IMG/VR virus record: IMGVR_UViG_3300045988_085437
Coordinates: 1-42,148 of that record
Origin: a virus
Reading direction: 5' to 3' (one strand)
DNA: 42,148 nucleotides
Below are positions 30,389 through 39,910 of the stretch, one piece after another (positions within the stretch are counted from its first letter, which is position 1; each line of letters begins with the position of its first letter). The notes beneath the pieces were generated by a model, which saw only the letters and a list, made by a program, of their open reading frames with translations, ran no database searches and was not told where the DNA came from. The position numbers were made by a program, and so were the translations under genes.

Positions 30389-30404
30389 GAAAGGAATGAA
30401 GTTT

Positions 30405-30827
30405 ATGGCTGAATACAGCAACAGCGCAATCGTAACCGTTGCCGCTGGTCAGAACGTGCCTTTTACCGAGGAGGCCAACACAGGCAAGCCCTGCATTGTG
30501 CATCGAGAAGGCGCTGGGCTGGTGACTCTTCGCGGGCTCACGAACCAGTGCCGGGCAAAATTCAAAGTCTCCTTTGGAGCAAATATTGCTGTCCCTACTG
30601 GCGGGACCGTGGAGGCCATCACGGCAGCGATCTCCATCAATGGTGAGGCGCTGAACGCTTCCACCGCTACCGTCACCCCGGCTGCCGCAGAGGATTTCTT
30701 CAATATTTATGTTTCCGCTGTGGTGGATGTCCCCCGTGACTGCTGTGTCACCGTCGCCGCAAAGAACACCAGTACGCAGCCCATCCTCGTTGCCAACAGT
30801 AATTTTATTGTTGAGCGCATCGCGTGA
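30405..30827 (+). CDS. Small beta-rich protein resembling BclA-C / C1q-TNF-like jelly-roll domains
   Basis: A pattern of alternating beta-strands: AAGQNVPF....IVHREGAGLVTL...KFKVSFGANIAV...ISINGEAL..VTVAAKNTS..ILVANSNFIVERI. Recalled by resemblance only. Confidence 0.35.
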   Translation: MAEYSNSAIVTVAAGQNVPFTEEANTGKPCIVHREGAGLVTLRGLTNQCRAKFKVSFGANIAVPTGGTVEAITAAISINGEALNASTATVTPAAAEDFFNIYVSAVVDVPRDCCVTVAAKNTSTQPILVANSNFIVERIA

Positions 30828-30840
30828 AAGGAGAACCGAT

Positions 30841-31284
30841 ATGGAATATCTGTATGACCTGAAAGAAAAGCTCTGCAAGGAGCTGGAGGAATATGCCCAG
30901 AAAAGCAACATGAACGCCGGGGACCTGGAGATGGTCCACAAGCTGACGGATACCATCAAGAACGTGGACAAGATCATGATGCTGGAGGAGGGCGGTTACA
31001 GTCAGGCAGCCGACATGGACTCTCCTTCCAGCTATGCCAGAGGCTCCAGCTATGCCAACCGTGGCAAGCACTATGTCCGGGGCCACTACAGCCGGGACGG
31101 CGGCTACTCCCGTGAAGGGCGCGGCGGATACAGCCGCGACGGCTACTCCCGTGCCCGCGGTTATTCCCGCAGTGAGGCGAAGGACTCCATGATGGAGCAG
31201 CTGGGCGCTATGATGGAGGATGCATCCAATGACCGGGAGCGGGAAGCGATCCGGATGTGCATGGAGCATCTCAATCAGGAATAA
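30841..31284 (+). CDS. Hypothetical protein with (R/D)GGYSR(D/E)G repeats
   Basis: ATG at 30841 follows GAAAGGAG. Helical N- and C-terminal ends flank YSRDGGYSREGRGGYSRDGYSRARGYSRS. Confidence 0.55.
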   Translation: MEYLYDLKEKLCKELEEYAQKSNMNAGDLEMVHKLTDTIKNVDKIMMLEEGGYSQAADMDSPSSYARGSSYANRGKHYVRGHYSRDGGYSREGRGGYSRDGYSRARGYSRSEAKDSMMEQLGAMMEDASNDREREAIRMCMEHLNQE

Positions 31285-31296
31285 TTCCCACAAAAC

Positions 31297-31330
31297 AAGG
31301 GGGCCGCTTGCATAGCGGCCCCTTTTGTTG
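31297..31330 (+). terminator. Strong rho-independent terminator
   Basis: AAGGGGCCGC-7 nt-GCGGCCCCTT followed by TTGTTG. Confidence 0.75.
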
Positions 31331-31350
31331 TATAATTGTTGTACAACTTG

Positions 31351-31416
31351 ATAACAAGCTAGAGCGTTCAGCGCCAGAGTTCGGAGTGATCCGGGCTTTG
31401 GCGCTTATTTTTTTTT
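31351..31416 (+). terminator. Copy 2 of the conserved element: box ATAACAAGCTAGAGCG + 16-bp hairpin + U-tract
   Basis: Hairpin 31370-31405 (loop GTGA) followed by TATTTTTTTTT. It shows compensatory differences relative to copy 1. Confidence 0.65.
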
Positions 31417-31436
31417 GAAATTGAGGTGAAATTGAT

Positions 31437-32705
31437 ATGGCAGCTGCAGAGGAGTCTATCCGCGGGAAAACCAGACCGGATATGTCCAGAAACGAGGGAC
31501 TGGCTGGGCAGACGGTCACGAAGGGAGACTATGAATATACCTACGATGATAATGGGTATGCGAAAAAGGCCATCAATGTCAAAAACAGGCAGGAACGGGA
31601 ACAGGAGGGGTATGGTGGAGGCGGATATTCCGGAGGCGGAGACTCTTCCTATTATGACTCTCTCCAGCCCACGGACCTTTCTGGATACCTGAATGACATG
31701 TACAAAGCCTACACGGACGCACAGCTGGCGGCTCTGAAATCGGCATACGAACAGAATTTGGCAGGCCTGCAGGCGGACGCGGAGAAAATTCCCGGCATTT
31801 ACCAGGGCGCCCGGAATGAAGCGGCGTCTCAGAATGATATTGCCCGGATGTCCTTTAATGAGTACGCAAACGCACGAGGCTTGAACACCGGAACCAGCGG
31901 GCAGGCGGCTCTTGCAAACTCCGCTGTGCTGCAAAGCAACCTCACGGACATCTCCACAAAGGAGTCCGATGCCATTGCGGAAAACGCCCTGCAACAGCAG
32001 CAGCTGGCGATTGAATACCGCAACGCGGCAGTGCAGGCGCAGGCGGAAGGGAACTACCAGATGGCCCAGGCCCTGTACAATGAGTATGTACGGCAGGACA
32101 ACGCCGCCATGCAGACGGCACAGCTTGCCCAGGAGCAGGCCAACTGGGAAGCGCAGTTCAACGCTGGAAACAGCCAGTGGCAGCAGCAGTTTGACGCTTC
32201 CCAGCAGGAGTATCAGGACAGCCTTTCGGCACAGAACCGGGAATATGCCTATAATCTGGCGATGACGATGCTGGCGGCGGGCGTGATGCCGGACACCAAC
32301 ACTCTGAATGAGGCTGGGATTTCCGCAGCCGACGCGCTGAATATGCGGCTTGCTGCAATGTCTACTGGCGGTTCGGGCGGCGGGCGGGGAAGCTCTGGAA
32401 GAAGTTCTGATGTGGATGTGTCAAACGAAAATGAACAGGGAACGGTATCTTCTTCCGGCAACCTCCATAAAGCTGACCGGGATACAACCATCAAAAATAC
32501 CGTTGCTTCTGGGAAACTCGGCGGAGGCGGAATCTCTCCAAACGAATTTAACGCACTAGGGAAATCTTTGGCGGCGCAGCTGGCATCCGGTAATGAAAAT
32601 GCCGCTTTAGGAAATGTAAACAACCGATGGAACTCTCTTTCTACTTATCAAAAACAACAGCTGGCTGAGCTATTTGCAAGATATGATATTGCATTGTCTA
32701 ACTAA
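31437..32705 (+). CDS. 422-aa Q/N/A-rich protein (internal virion/ejection protein candidate)
   Basis: GAGGTGA RBS. Long helical Q-rich repeats and Gly-rich linkers. It directly precedes the giant gene. Confidence 0.5.
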   Translation: MAAAEESIRGKTRPDMSRNEGLAGQTVTKGDYEYTYDDNGYAKKAINVKNRQEREQEGYGGGGYSGGGDSSYYDSLQPTDLSGYLNDMYKAYTDAQLAALKSAYEQNLAGLQADAEKIPGIYQGARNEAASQNDIARMSFNEYANARGLNTGTSGQAALANSAVLQSNLTDISTKESDAIAENALQQQQLAIEYRNAAVQAQAEGNYQMAQALYNEYVRQDNAAMQTAQLAQEQANWEAQFNAGNSQWQQQFDASQQEYQDSLSAQNREYAYNLAMTMLAAGVMPDTNTLNEAGISAADALNMRLAAMSTGGSGGGRGSSGRSSDVDVSNENEQGTVSSSGNLHKADRDTTIKNTVASGKLGGGGISPNEFNALGKSLAAQLASGNENAALGNVNNRWNSLSTYQKQQLAELFARYDIALSN

Positions 32706-32717
32706 AGAGGTGAAACC

Positions 32718-35700
32718 ATGCCGACATTTAAAAGGATCAGCACAGGTGAGACACTGACGTATGACCCTGATCCGGTAAGAAGTCGTCCGAATGTTGAGGC
32801 GATTACGACCAAGCCGAAAACAAAGGCCGGAAAGAATACCATTACCGGCAAGATCAGCAGCTCGGCAAAATCTCGGCGGAAAGTTGCCGAAGAAAAGACG
32901 AAGCCGGATACGCTTCTAAATATCCTGATGCGAGACACTGGGCACATCAGCGAAGTGGTGGACAGCACCACCGGACAGGTGATCTCCACACCGGAGGCGT
33001 CCCGCGGTGGGAGTATGCTCAAAGGCGCTGCACAGGGAACGGCGGCGGGCTTTACGAGTACCGGAGGGACCTTCCTGGACCTGCTGCGTTCTTATGATAC
33101 TGCTGGCAGCTCCTACACCCGGCGGGCCAATCAGGAGGCTGAGAACGCAGCCCACTACCGGGAGATGTTGGAACGTGGGACGTTGGATGATGGAACACCC
33201 ATCACGGCGTCTATGCGGAAACAACTGGAGACCTTGGCGGCGCGTGCGGAGCAGCGGTCCGGCGTCTACCGCCAGGGAGCGGAGGCCCAGCACGCCCCCA
33301 TTGCACGGGCCACGCAGTCCGTGTATGATACGGCGGACCGTCTTGCGGCCCAGTCGGCACAGAATATCGCGGAGGCAAAGGAGGGGCTTGGAAGTGTCGG
33401 TCAGTTCGCGGTGGACGTGGGCGTGGCCGGGACGCAGTTGGCGGGCGACGCTCTTCTGGCGGCTCTCACTGGAGGGAGTGCGCTTGTTCCAATGGCTGTC
33501 CGGGGCTTTGGCTCCGGGACGCAGCAGGCACGGCAGGAGGGAGCGACGCTGGGGCAGCAGGTGGCCTATGGCGCGGGGAGCGCGGCTCTGAGTGTTGCAA
33601 CAGAGAAGATCGCCAACGTGGCCGCCCCGCTTCGACGGACCTTCGGTTCCGGTGTTCTGGACAATGCTATCGCAAAAGCAACTGGACGCCTGGGCCAGAG
33701 CGCAGCTGGGCAGACGGTCCTTTCTGCGTTGAGCGAAGGTGGAGAGGAAGTTGTGGAAGCGTTGGTCCAGCCGGTGCTGCAGCGGATCACCTATGATAAA
33801 ACTGCCCTGCAGCAATATCAGGACCCGGACTATCTGGCAGACACCATTTATCAAGGCCTGATTGGAGGCGCTTTGGGTGGTGCGCTTGGAGCTGCTGGAA
33901 GCATTGGCCGCAGAAGCGCCGAAAATGTCCAGCGTCGGGCCACAGATGCCACAGGAGCGGCGCAAACGGAAACTGCACCCGTTTCCACCACCCAGGCACA
34001 GGAGGCCGCAGAGGGCACTACAGGCTTTTTGGAGCCAACGCTTGTTAGCCGTGTACGTCAGTCTATTCCGCATATCCAAAACATGAATCCGGTTGCCGAG
34101 GTTACTGGGACAGAAATCCCCCGAAGTGGAAAACTGGTGGATCGGCTTTCCTCTTTTGTCAATGCGATTGGGAATAAGGTCAATCGGCCCGGCTTTGGTG
34201 ATGTTCTATTCTCCAGGGGGAGAATCAAGTCCAGCATGATCGGACATGGGACAGGCCCTTCCAAAATCGAGACATTTGCGGCCGTCCCGGATGTAATCCG
34301 AAACGGCCAGCAGATTGACTATCAACAGAACTGGAAAGGGCGCGGCTATGATACCTACACTTTCGCAGCGCCAATTACCTACCGGGGGCAGCCTACTTAC
34401 TTAGGTGTCATCGTCACGAAGGACAGCGCCAGCAACCGCTACTATCTTCACGAGGTAGTGGATGCAAATGGAGACGTCATCTTTAGAAATGACGAATCCC
34501 CCGCATCTACACCAAACGGAACTTCTGCCCTTTCGGGTGACCTCGATACCGTAGTAGACACGGGGGATGGTGCAGGAACAACACCGGGCACTGTCGACAC
34601 CGTGACAGACGGGCGGGCCTCCCGAGGGGTTCCTGCTTCTGATACTACTATAGCACCCGGCGCGGAAAATGTCAATTCGGACATTCTGGCGCAAATTCTG
34701 TTTGGGGATACCCGGCAGGAAACCGGAGACACACAGGCACCGCCAACCTATGACAACCTGGGCAGCGCCCGGCGGGGCTTCACCACCCCCGGCATGGAAG
34801 GGCAGGAGAGGACCAGCCGCCTTGCGGAGTCCATGCCGTATAATCAATATCAAGAAGCCGCCACCGGCCTTTCACGGGAGGACTATGCCAAGCTGTTCCG
34901 GTATGAAAGCCAAACAGAAGGGCGTTCTCTCAATCTGGCAGAAGAACTGGTGTACGCCGTTCGGGACGGCCAGCGGACCTTCCTGCGAGACATTGACGAG
35001 ACGGCTTTTCATGAGTTGGTGCAGTCCCTAGATGATGCGACGGCATGGAATGCGCCCCAGATGGATGCCGCCCGGATGATCCAGCAGGAGCTGCAAGGGA
35101 AGTCCGCAAATCTGGAGATCCCCTCTGAGGAATATACGGACTTCCTGCGGATCATGCGGGAGCATGAGACTGCCACTGGTCAGGGCGTTCAGGCAAACGC
35201 CAAGTGGAGCCGCCGGGACAACCAGAACGGCCAATCTTCGGAGCTGGAGGCGTGGGACAATCTGCAAAACTCCAATCTTTCCGAAGAGGAGAAGCGCAGC
35301 ACCTTCCAACGGATTGTGAAGTGGGATACGGAGATCGAGCAGGCCACAGAGCCGCAGCAGTTGAAGGACATTATCCTGAACGTTGCACAGCAGCGGGGCG
35401 TTTTGAATGGCTTAACTGGTCGGCAGAGCCGGATTATGACCGCGGTTGCAAACAGCAGCTTGGACTCCCTGACATTCGACCAGTTGAAGCAGTTTGCCTA
35501 TGCTTCCACTTCTGCGCTCAGCACCGACTCCACACCGGCCAACATGGGTCAGAAGATCAAGACTATCCAAATCCTGAACATGCTGTCCAACCCCAAAACG
35601 GCGGTGAAGAACATCACCGGAAACACGTCTTTCTACGGCCTGGACGCGCTTTCCATGAAGGGAGCGGCCCTGCTGGATATGGCGCTGTCCAAAGTAACAG

Positions 35701-37667
35701 GGACCCGCAGCGTGGCCTATGAGCGTTCCAATCTGGGGCAGGCAGCCAAGGCGATGCAAATGGCGATTGCAGAAATCACCATGGACGTAGACATGAGCGG
35801 TAATCAGAGCCGGTACGGCACCAGCAACCGCCGGACCTTCAAAGCCAGCGGAAACTTTTTGGACCGCGTGATGTCCATGCTGGAGCGGAACCAAGCGTAC
35901 CTTTTGAATGCCACAGACGAATTCTACAAGGGCCTTGCCCGCAGCAATGCGAGCCGTACCCAGGCGCTGGTCGACCAAGGGAAGATCAAGACTACTGACA
36001 AGGACTATGCACAGAACCAAGCTGACGCACTTGCACGATACCGGACGTTCCAGGATGACAGCAAACTTTCTCTTGCGATCCAGCAGGTACATGATGTACT
36101 GAATATGGTTGCTGGCATTGGTGACAGTGGACGGAGCATCCGCGGCCGTACAGTCCATGCCTTCGGAGCTGGTGACATCGTGGCGCCGTTTACTCGGGTA
36201 GCCGGAAATCTGGCATCTCGCGGTTTGGAGTATTCTCCCGCGAACGCTGTCAAGGGTATTGTGGAGATGGGTAAAACCGTGGCGCAGGCTGTCAGCGGTC
36301 AGAATGTGGACCCGGCTGCACAGGCCCGGGCCGTCTCTGACACTACCCGGGGCCTCACCGGAACCGCCATTGCTTACGGATTTATGCTTTTGGCCCAGTC
36401 GGGGCTTCTGTCTCAGGCAGGGGACGAGGATGATCCGGACGTGGCGGCGCTGAATTCCAGCGAGGGCATCACGGGAACCCAACTGAATATCTCCGCAACG
36501 GAACGGGCTTTGTCCGGTGGAAGCACGGAATGGCAGAGTGGAGACACCCTGATCGACCTGTCCTCCATCGAGCCGCTGAACCTGTTGATGAACCTGGGAA
36601 CGGAGATGGCAAAGAGTGAAGGGAACCCCATCGTTTCTTCTTTTAATGCTGTGCCGAAATCCTTTATGGATGCAACTGCGGAGCTTCCGGTGATGCAGTT
36701 CATTGGGAATGCGGCAACGGACATCATCAAATATGGACAGGACCCACAGGAAGTATTACTGCAGGAGGGGGCAAACACGGTAGCTTCTTCCCTGATACCA
36801 AACATTCTGCGGTCTACGGCCCGTGGGCTGGATGACCGACCCCGCAATACCTATTCCGGGGATACGCTCGGAGAGCAGGTTGTGGACAGCGTGAAGAACA
36901 GCATCCCGGGTTTGCGAGAAACCCTGCCGGGGTCTGTCAACCCACTGGGGGAGGAAAAGCTGTATCAGGGGAGCACTGCGGACCGCCTGCTGAACGCGCT
37001 GCTGAACCCGGTGGGAGTCAATACCTACGACCAGAGCGAAGTGTCTCAAAACATGGAAGCGCTGCGCGAGCGGACGGGGGAGACCTCCTTCTATCCTTCT
37101 AAGAGCGCCCCATCGGAGCTCTCGTACACAAAAGATGGCAATACCTATAGCAAGTCCTTGACCTACGAGGAGCGGCAGGACTATCTCCGGGATCGCGGCG
37201 CCGTCGCACTGACTACGCTGTCCTCCATGATGGGCAGCAGCGCATACAAGAGGGCGAATGATACTACCAAGACGGAGCTTTTGGACCTCTGTAATGACTA
37301 CGCCAGCCAACGGGCAAAGAAAACGATTCTGGGAGCCGACAGTGTTCCGGCATGGGTAAACAACGCAGAGACAGCGCAGAACGATCTTGGAATATCTCCA
37401 GCGGAATACTTGGCCCTCTATCATCAGTACGGCGCCGAGATCATGTCTGGGACGGCTTATGAGAAAACGAAGCAGGCAGTGGCTGCCGGTCTGACTGTCG
37501 AACAGTATGCGGATATGAAGAACGGAATTGATGCGGACAAGAATGGGTACAAATCCAAAAGTGAGGCCAGGGCTTATCTGGATAGCCACAATTTCACCCA
37601 AGAGCAAAAGGCGGACCTCTGGACAATCATCAACAAGAGTTGGGAGAAAAATAACCCCTACGCATAA
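32718..37667 (+). CDS. 1649-aa polyvalent-type / ejection (or tape-measure-like) protein with an embedded PBECR/LPD-like domain
   Basis: N-terminal Gly/Ala-rich hydrophobic segments. Residues about 470-595 read SMIGHGTGPSKIETFAAVPDVIRNGQQIDYQQNWKGRGYDTYTFAAPITYRGQPTYLGVIVTKDSASNRYYLHEVVD, matching domains recalled from phage/ICE polyvalent proteins. Confidence 0.55.
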   Translation: MPTFKRISTGETLTYDPDPVRSRPNVEAITTKPKTKAGKNTITGKISSSAKSRRKVAEEKTKPDTLLNILMRDTGHISEVVDSTTGQVISTPEASRGGSMLKGAAQGTAAGFTSTGGTFLDLLRSYDTAGSSYTRRANQEAENAAHYREMLERGTLDDGTPITASMRKQLETLAARAEQRSGVYRQGAEAQHAPIARATQSVYDTADRLAAQSAQNIAEAKEGLGSVGQFAVDVGVAGTQLAGDALLAALTGGSALVPMAVRGFGSGTQQARQEGATLGQQVAYGAGSAALSVATEKIANVAAPLRRTFGSGVLDNAIAKATGRLGQSAAGQTVLSALSEGGEEVVEALVQPVLQRITYDKTALQQYQDPDYLADTIYQGLIGGALGGALGAAGSIGRRSAENVQRRATDATGAAQTETAPVSTTQAQEAAEGTTGFLEPTLVSRVRQSIPHIQNMNPVAEVTGTEIPRSGKLVDRLSSFVNAIGNKVNRPGFGDVLFSRGRIKSSMIGHGTGPSKIETFAAVPDVIRNGQQIDYQQNWKGRGYDTYTFAAPITYRGQPTYLGVIVTKDSASNRYYLHEVVDANGDVIFRNDESPASTPNGTSALSGDLDTVVDTGDGAGTTPGTVDTVTDGRASRGVPASDTTIAPGAENVNSDILAQILFGDTRQETGDTQAPPTYDNLGSARRGFTTPGMEGQERTSRLAESMPYNQYQEAATGLSREDYAKLFRYESQTEGRSLNLAEELVYAVRDGQRTFLRDIDETAFHELVQSLDDATAWNAPQMDAARMIQQELQGKSANLEIPSEEYTDFLRIMREHETATGQGVQANAKWSRRDNQNGQSSELEAWDNLQNSNLSEEEKRSTFQRIVKWDTEIEQATEPQQLKDIILNVAQQRGVLNGLTGRQSRIMTAVANSSLDSLTFDQLKQFAYASTSALSTDSTPANMGQKIKTIQILNMLSNPKTAVKNITGNTSFYGLDALSMKGAALLDMALSKVTGTRSVAYERSNLGQAAKAMQMAIAEITMDVDMSGNQSRYGTSNRRTFKASGNFLDRVMSMLERNQAYLLNATDEFYKGLARSNASRTQALVDQGKIKTTDKDYAQNQADALARYRTFQDDSKLSLAIQQVHDVLNMVAGIGDSGRSIRGRTVHAFGAGDIVAPFTRVAGNLASRGLEYSPANAVKGIVEMGKTVAQAVSGQNVDPAAQARAVSDTTRGLTGTAIAYGFMLLAQSGLLSQAGDEDDPDVAALNSSEGITGTQLNISATERALSGGSTEWQSGDTLIDLSSIEPLNLLMNLGTEMAKSEGNPIVSSFNAVPKSFMDATAELPVMQFIGNAATDIIKYGQDPQEVLLQEGANTVASSLIPNILRSTARGLDDRPRNTYSGDTLGEQVVDSVKNSIPGLRETLPGSVNPLGEEKLYQGSTADRLLNALLNPVGVNTYDQSEVSQNMEALRERTGETSFYPSKSAPSELSYTKDGNTYSKSLTYEERQDYLRDRGAVALTTLSSMMGSSAYKRANDTTKTELLDLCNDYASQRAKKTILGADSVPAWVNNAETAQNDLGISPAEYLALYHQYGAEIMSGTAYEKTKQAVAAGLTVEQYADMKNGIDADKNGYKSKSEARAYLDSHNFTQEQKADLWTIINKSWEKNNPYA

Positions 37668-37670
37668 GAG

Positions 37671-37698
37671 AAGCCCCGCCAGACGGCGGGGCCTTTTC
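37671..37698. terminator. Bidirectional terminator between the convergent late and early operons
   Basis: GCCCCGCC-AGAC-GGCGGGGC with CTTTTCT downstream and AGAGAA upstream. Confidence 0.75.
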
Positions 37699-38403
37699 TC
37701 ACTGTTTGGAGATGATCGTTTTCAGAACCGGAACAACGCTTTCGTAGTATCGGAAGGACGGGACTTCCTTTCCGGGGCAGTTCTTGGCAACGTCATTGAC
37801 CCATGTCCCGTACTGCTTCGTTTTCAGGTGGTTCCGGTTGGCGAGCATCCCGACCTTGTTTGCGGAGATGCCCAGTTTTTCGCCGATCTCCTGTGCTGAG
37901 TACGTCTTTTCCCCGATATAGGGCAGGGGGAGCAGGTATTCCCCAGTCAGCTCCTTGGTAGCGTGGGCCTGGAGAACCTGTCTGTAAGTACCGTCATACT
38001 CCTTCGCCAGACGCTCCAAAAGCTGGGCCTTGCGGACGCGGATGCTCTCCATCTGGTAGTCGGTCATGGGCTTAGCTGTATAGTGGCCCGTCTTGCGGAT
38101 ACTAGGCAGCACCTCCGAAGTCACCCAGCGGCGGAACTTCTTGGCTCCCGGTAGCTTACTGGACAGAACCAGGGAATATAGGCCGGATTCGTTGATGATA
38201 GGCACACTCTGCTTTCCTCCGGGGGTGACCATTTCAGTCACCCCTTTATCTTCTTCATCCACATGGTCACGGATGGCCCTCTGTGGGTTCTGGTACCCCA
38301 ACGCCGCTGCCACGTCCTTTCCCACCAGCCACGGTTCCCCATTGATCTCCACAGTACGGACCTTTCCGAATTCGGGGTTGTTGAAAACTTTCAGTTCGTT
38401 CAT
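37699..38403 (-). CDS. Bro-N domain antirepressor-like protein
   Basis: LKVFNNPEFGKVRTVEINGEPWLVGKDVAAALGYQNPQRAIRDHVDEEDK...ESGLYSLVLSSKLPGAKKFRRWVTSEVLPSIRKTG is a canonical Bro-N. Confidence 0.85.
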   Translation of the reverse strand: MNELKVFNNPEFGKVRTVEINGEPWLVGKDVAAALGYQNPQRAIRDHVDEEDKGVTEMVTPGGKQSVPIINESGLYSLVLSSKLPGAKKFRRWVTSEVLPSIRKTGHYTAKPMTDYQMESIRVRKAQLLERLAKEYDGTYRQVLQAHATKELTGEYLLPLPYIGEKTYSAQEIGEKLGISANKVGMLANRNHLKTKQYGTWVNDVAKNCPGKEVPSFRYYESVVPVLKTIISKQ

Positions 38404-38579
38404 TGGTCGGCATCCTTCTTTCCAAAATAGTCTTTGAATGAATCTACGGCAATCTTATAAGTCCAAGCCGCTGTTTCCGCATTGTTATTCCGTATGCCCA
38501 GCCTTTGAATCTGTCCTTCGCATTTCTCGACGGCACATTCTCCGCATACATTGGCTATGCAGTCTTTATTGCACTTCAT
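38400..38579 (-). CDS. Hypothetical small Cys-rich protein (59 aa)
   Basis: ATG at 38579 follows GGAGGTG. The track ORF 38400..38723 was trimmed. Confidence 0.5.
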   Translation of the reverse strand: MKCNKDCIANVCGECAVEKCEGQIQRLGIRNNNAETAAWTYKIAVDSFKDYFGKKDADQ

Positions 38580-39039
38580 CCGCACCTCCGACGATCTCCT
38601 CATGCCGTCCGCCCTCCCCGTCGTGGATGTTGCCGCAGTGTATGAGATGGGGCCAATTCTCCGGTTGTGCCTCGGCCTCCAGCGTCCAGTCGTTGCACAA
38701 TCCATCCTCGTCTGCCAATACATAGCGCCCTTCGTCTTCCCAATAGGTCACAACGCCGAGGATGCAGACGCACTCGTTACCGTCCTCATCCTCTCCCCAT
38801 TCTCCGAGGTAGTCGCCAGTAAAAATCTTCTGTACTTCGGATGACGGCCACGCTTCTCGCCGTATGTCGATGTTGGTGTACTCGCAGACCGTGGAGGGGT
38901 CAACTTCGACACGTGGTCCTGTAATATCATGAACATCGCAAATCTCATGTACATCAAGCACACCTATTGGGCCTATGTAATACCCTTCCACCCATTCGCC
39001 ATTATCCAGCCGCCTGGCTTTGAAAAGGATTTCTCTCAT
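38566..39039 (-). CDS. YopX-family protein
   Basis: MREILFKARRLDNGEWVEGYY ... HCGNIHD. The ATG at 39039 makes an ATGA overlap. Confidence 0.8.
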   Translation of the reverse strand: MREILFKARRLDNGEWVEGYYIGPIGVLDVHEICDVHDITGPRVEVDPSTVCEYTNIDIRREAWPSSEVQKIFTGDYLGEWGEDEDGNECVCILGVVTYWEDEGRYVLADEDGLCNDWTLEAEAQPENWPHLIHCGNIHDGEGGRHEEIVGGADEVQ

Positions 39040-39218
39040 TGGGCACCTCCGGTCATCCACCTTTCCAGTTCCTTTGCGCATTCTGGGCAAAGATCATAGT
39101 CTTTCCCATTCGTCTGGCCTAAGAAAACTGACATCCATCTCTTCCAGCAAATAAGACGGACTCTACCAGATTCAATTTTCCGTCCGCATCTGTCACATAC
39201 GATCATTTCTCTTTTCAT
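39036..39218 (-). CDS. Small zinc-ribbon protein (60 aa)
   Basis: CDRCG ... CPEC. Coupled to its neighbours. Confidence 0.6.
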   Translation of the reverse strand: MKREMIVCDRCGRKIESGRVRLICWKRWMSVFLGQTNGKDYDLCPECAKELERWMTGGAQ

Positions 39219-39910
39219 TGCGCACCTCCGATGATCTCGTCAAGGGTAACGGTTTCGCCGGAGTGGAGAGACGGAAACAATTCCGCATGCAAATCAATAA
39301 CGAATAATTGCGAACGAGTGTAAATAGTTATCGTTGCCGCACCCCTGTAGAGTTTTTCTGCTTTGGGCCAAAGCACCTTAATTGCCTTTGCCCGCTTCAC
39401 CTCCTGCTCCGTCCAGCGGGGCTTGCGGATGATGCGGTCGGGGTGGTTGATAAGTTCGCACACTCGGTAAGCATCCATCGCCGATCCGATGTTTGTCCGT
39501 ATGATGCCAAATAAATCTACATAGGCGTCTTTGTATGGGTCAGCGTCAAACTTCTCTTCTGGCTCAACCCCCAGCACCTCGCAAATTCTCGGCTTGTCCA
39601 TGTTGGCCTCCTTCCTTTTCACCCAATTTTTGCACCCTTCCTGTGGGTCAAAGTCCTTCTCAATTTCACACCCAATGCAGTTAAAACAAGTGCGTGGTTC
39701 ATCATCCTCCACCACCTCATAGCCCATCAGGCGGGCGGCTTCGTAAGGGTTGGCTCTTACGTATTCATGACACGGCCTCTTTGTTCCTGCGTATTGCTGC
39801 ACGGGTTCCCGAAGCTCGCAATAGTCGCAATCTTTTTTGCTATCGCAAAACTGCTCTAATGCCTGTTCAATGGTAAGTGCGACTTCCCCCGTCTTACTCC
39901 GAAACTTCAT
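39215..39910 (-). CDS. Hypothetical early protein (231 aa)
   Basis: ATG at 39910 follows GAGGAGG. Confidence 0.6.
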   Translation of the reverse strand: MKFRSKTGEVALTIEQALEQFCDSKKDCDYCELREPVQQYAGTKRPCHEYVRANPYEAARLMGYEVVEDDEPRTCFNCIGCEIEKDFDPQEGCKNWVKRKEANMDKPRICEVLGVEPEEKFDADPYKDAYVDLFGIIRTNIGSAMDAYRVCELINHPDRIIRKPRWTEQEVKRAKAIKVLWPKAEKLYRGAATITIYTRSQLFVIDLHAELFPSLHSGETVTLDEIIGGAQ

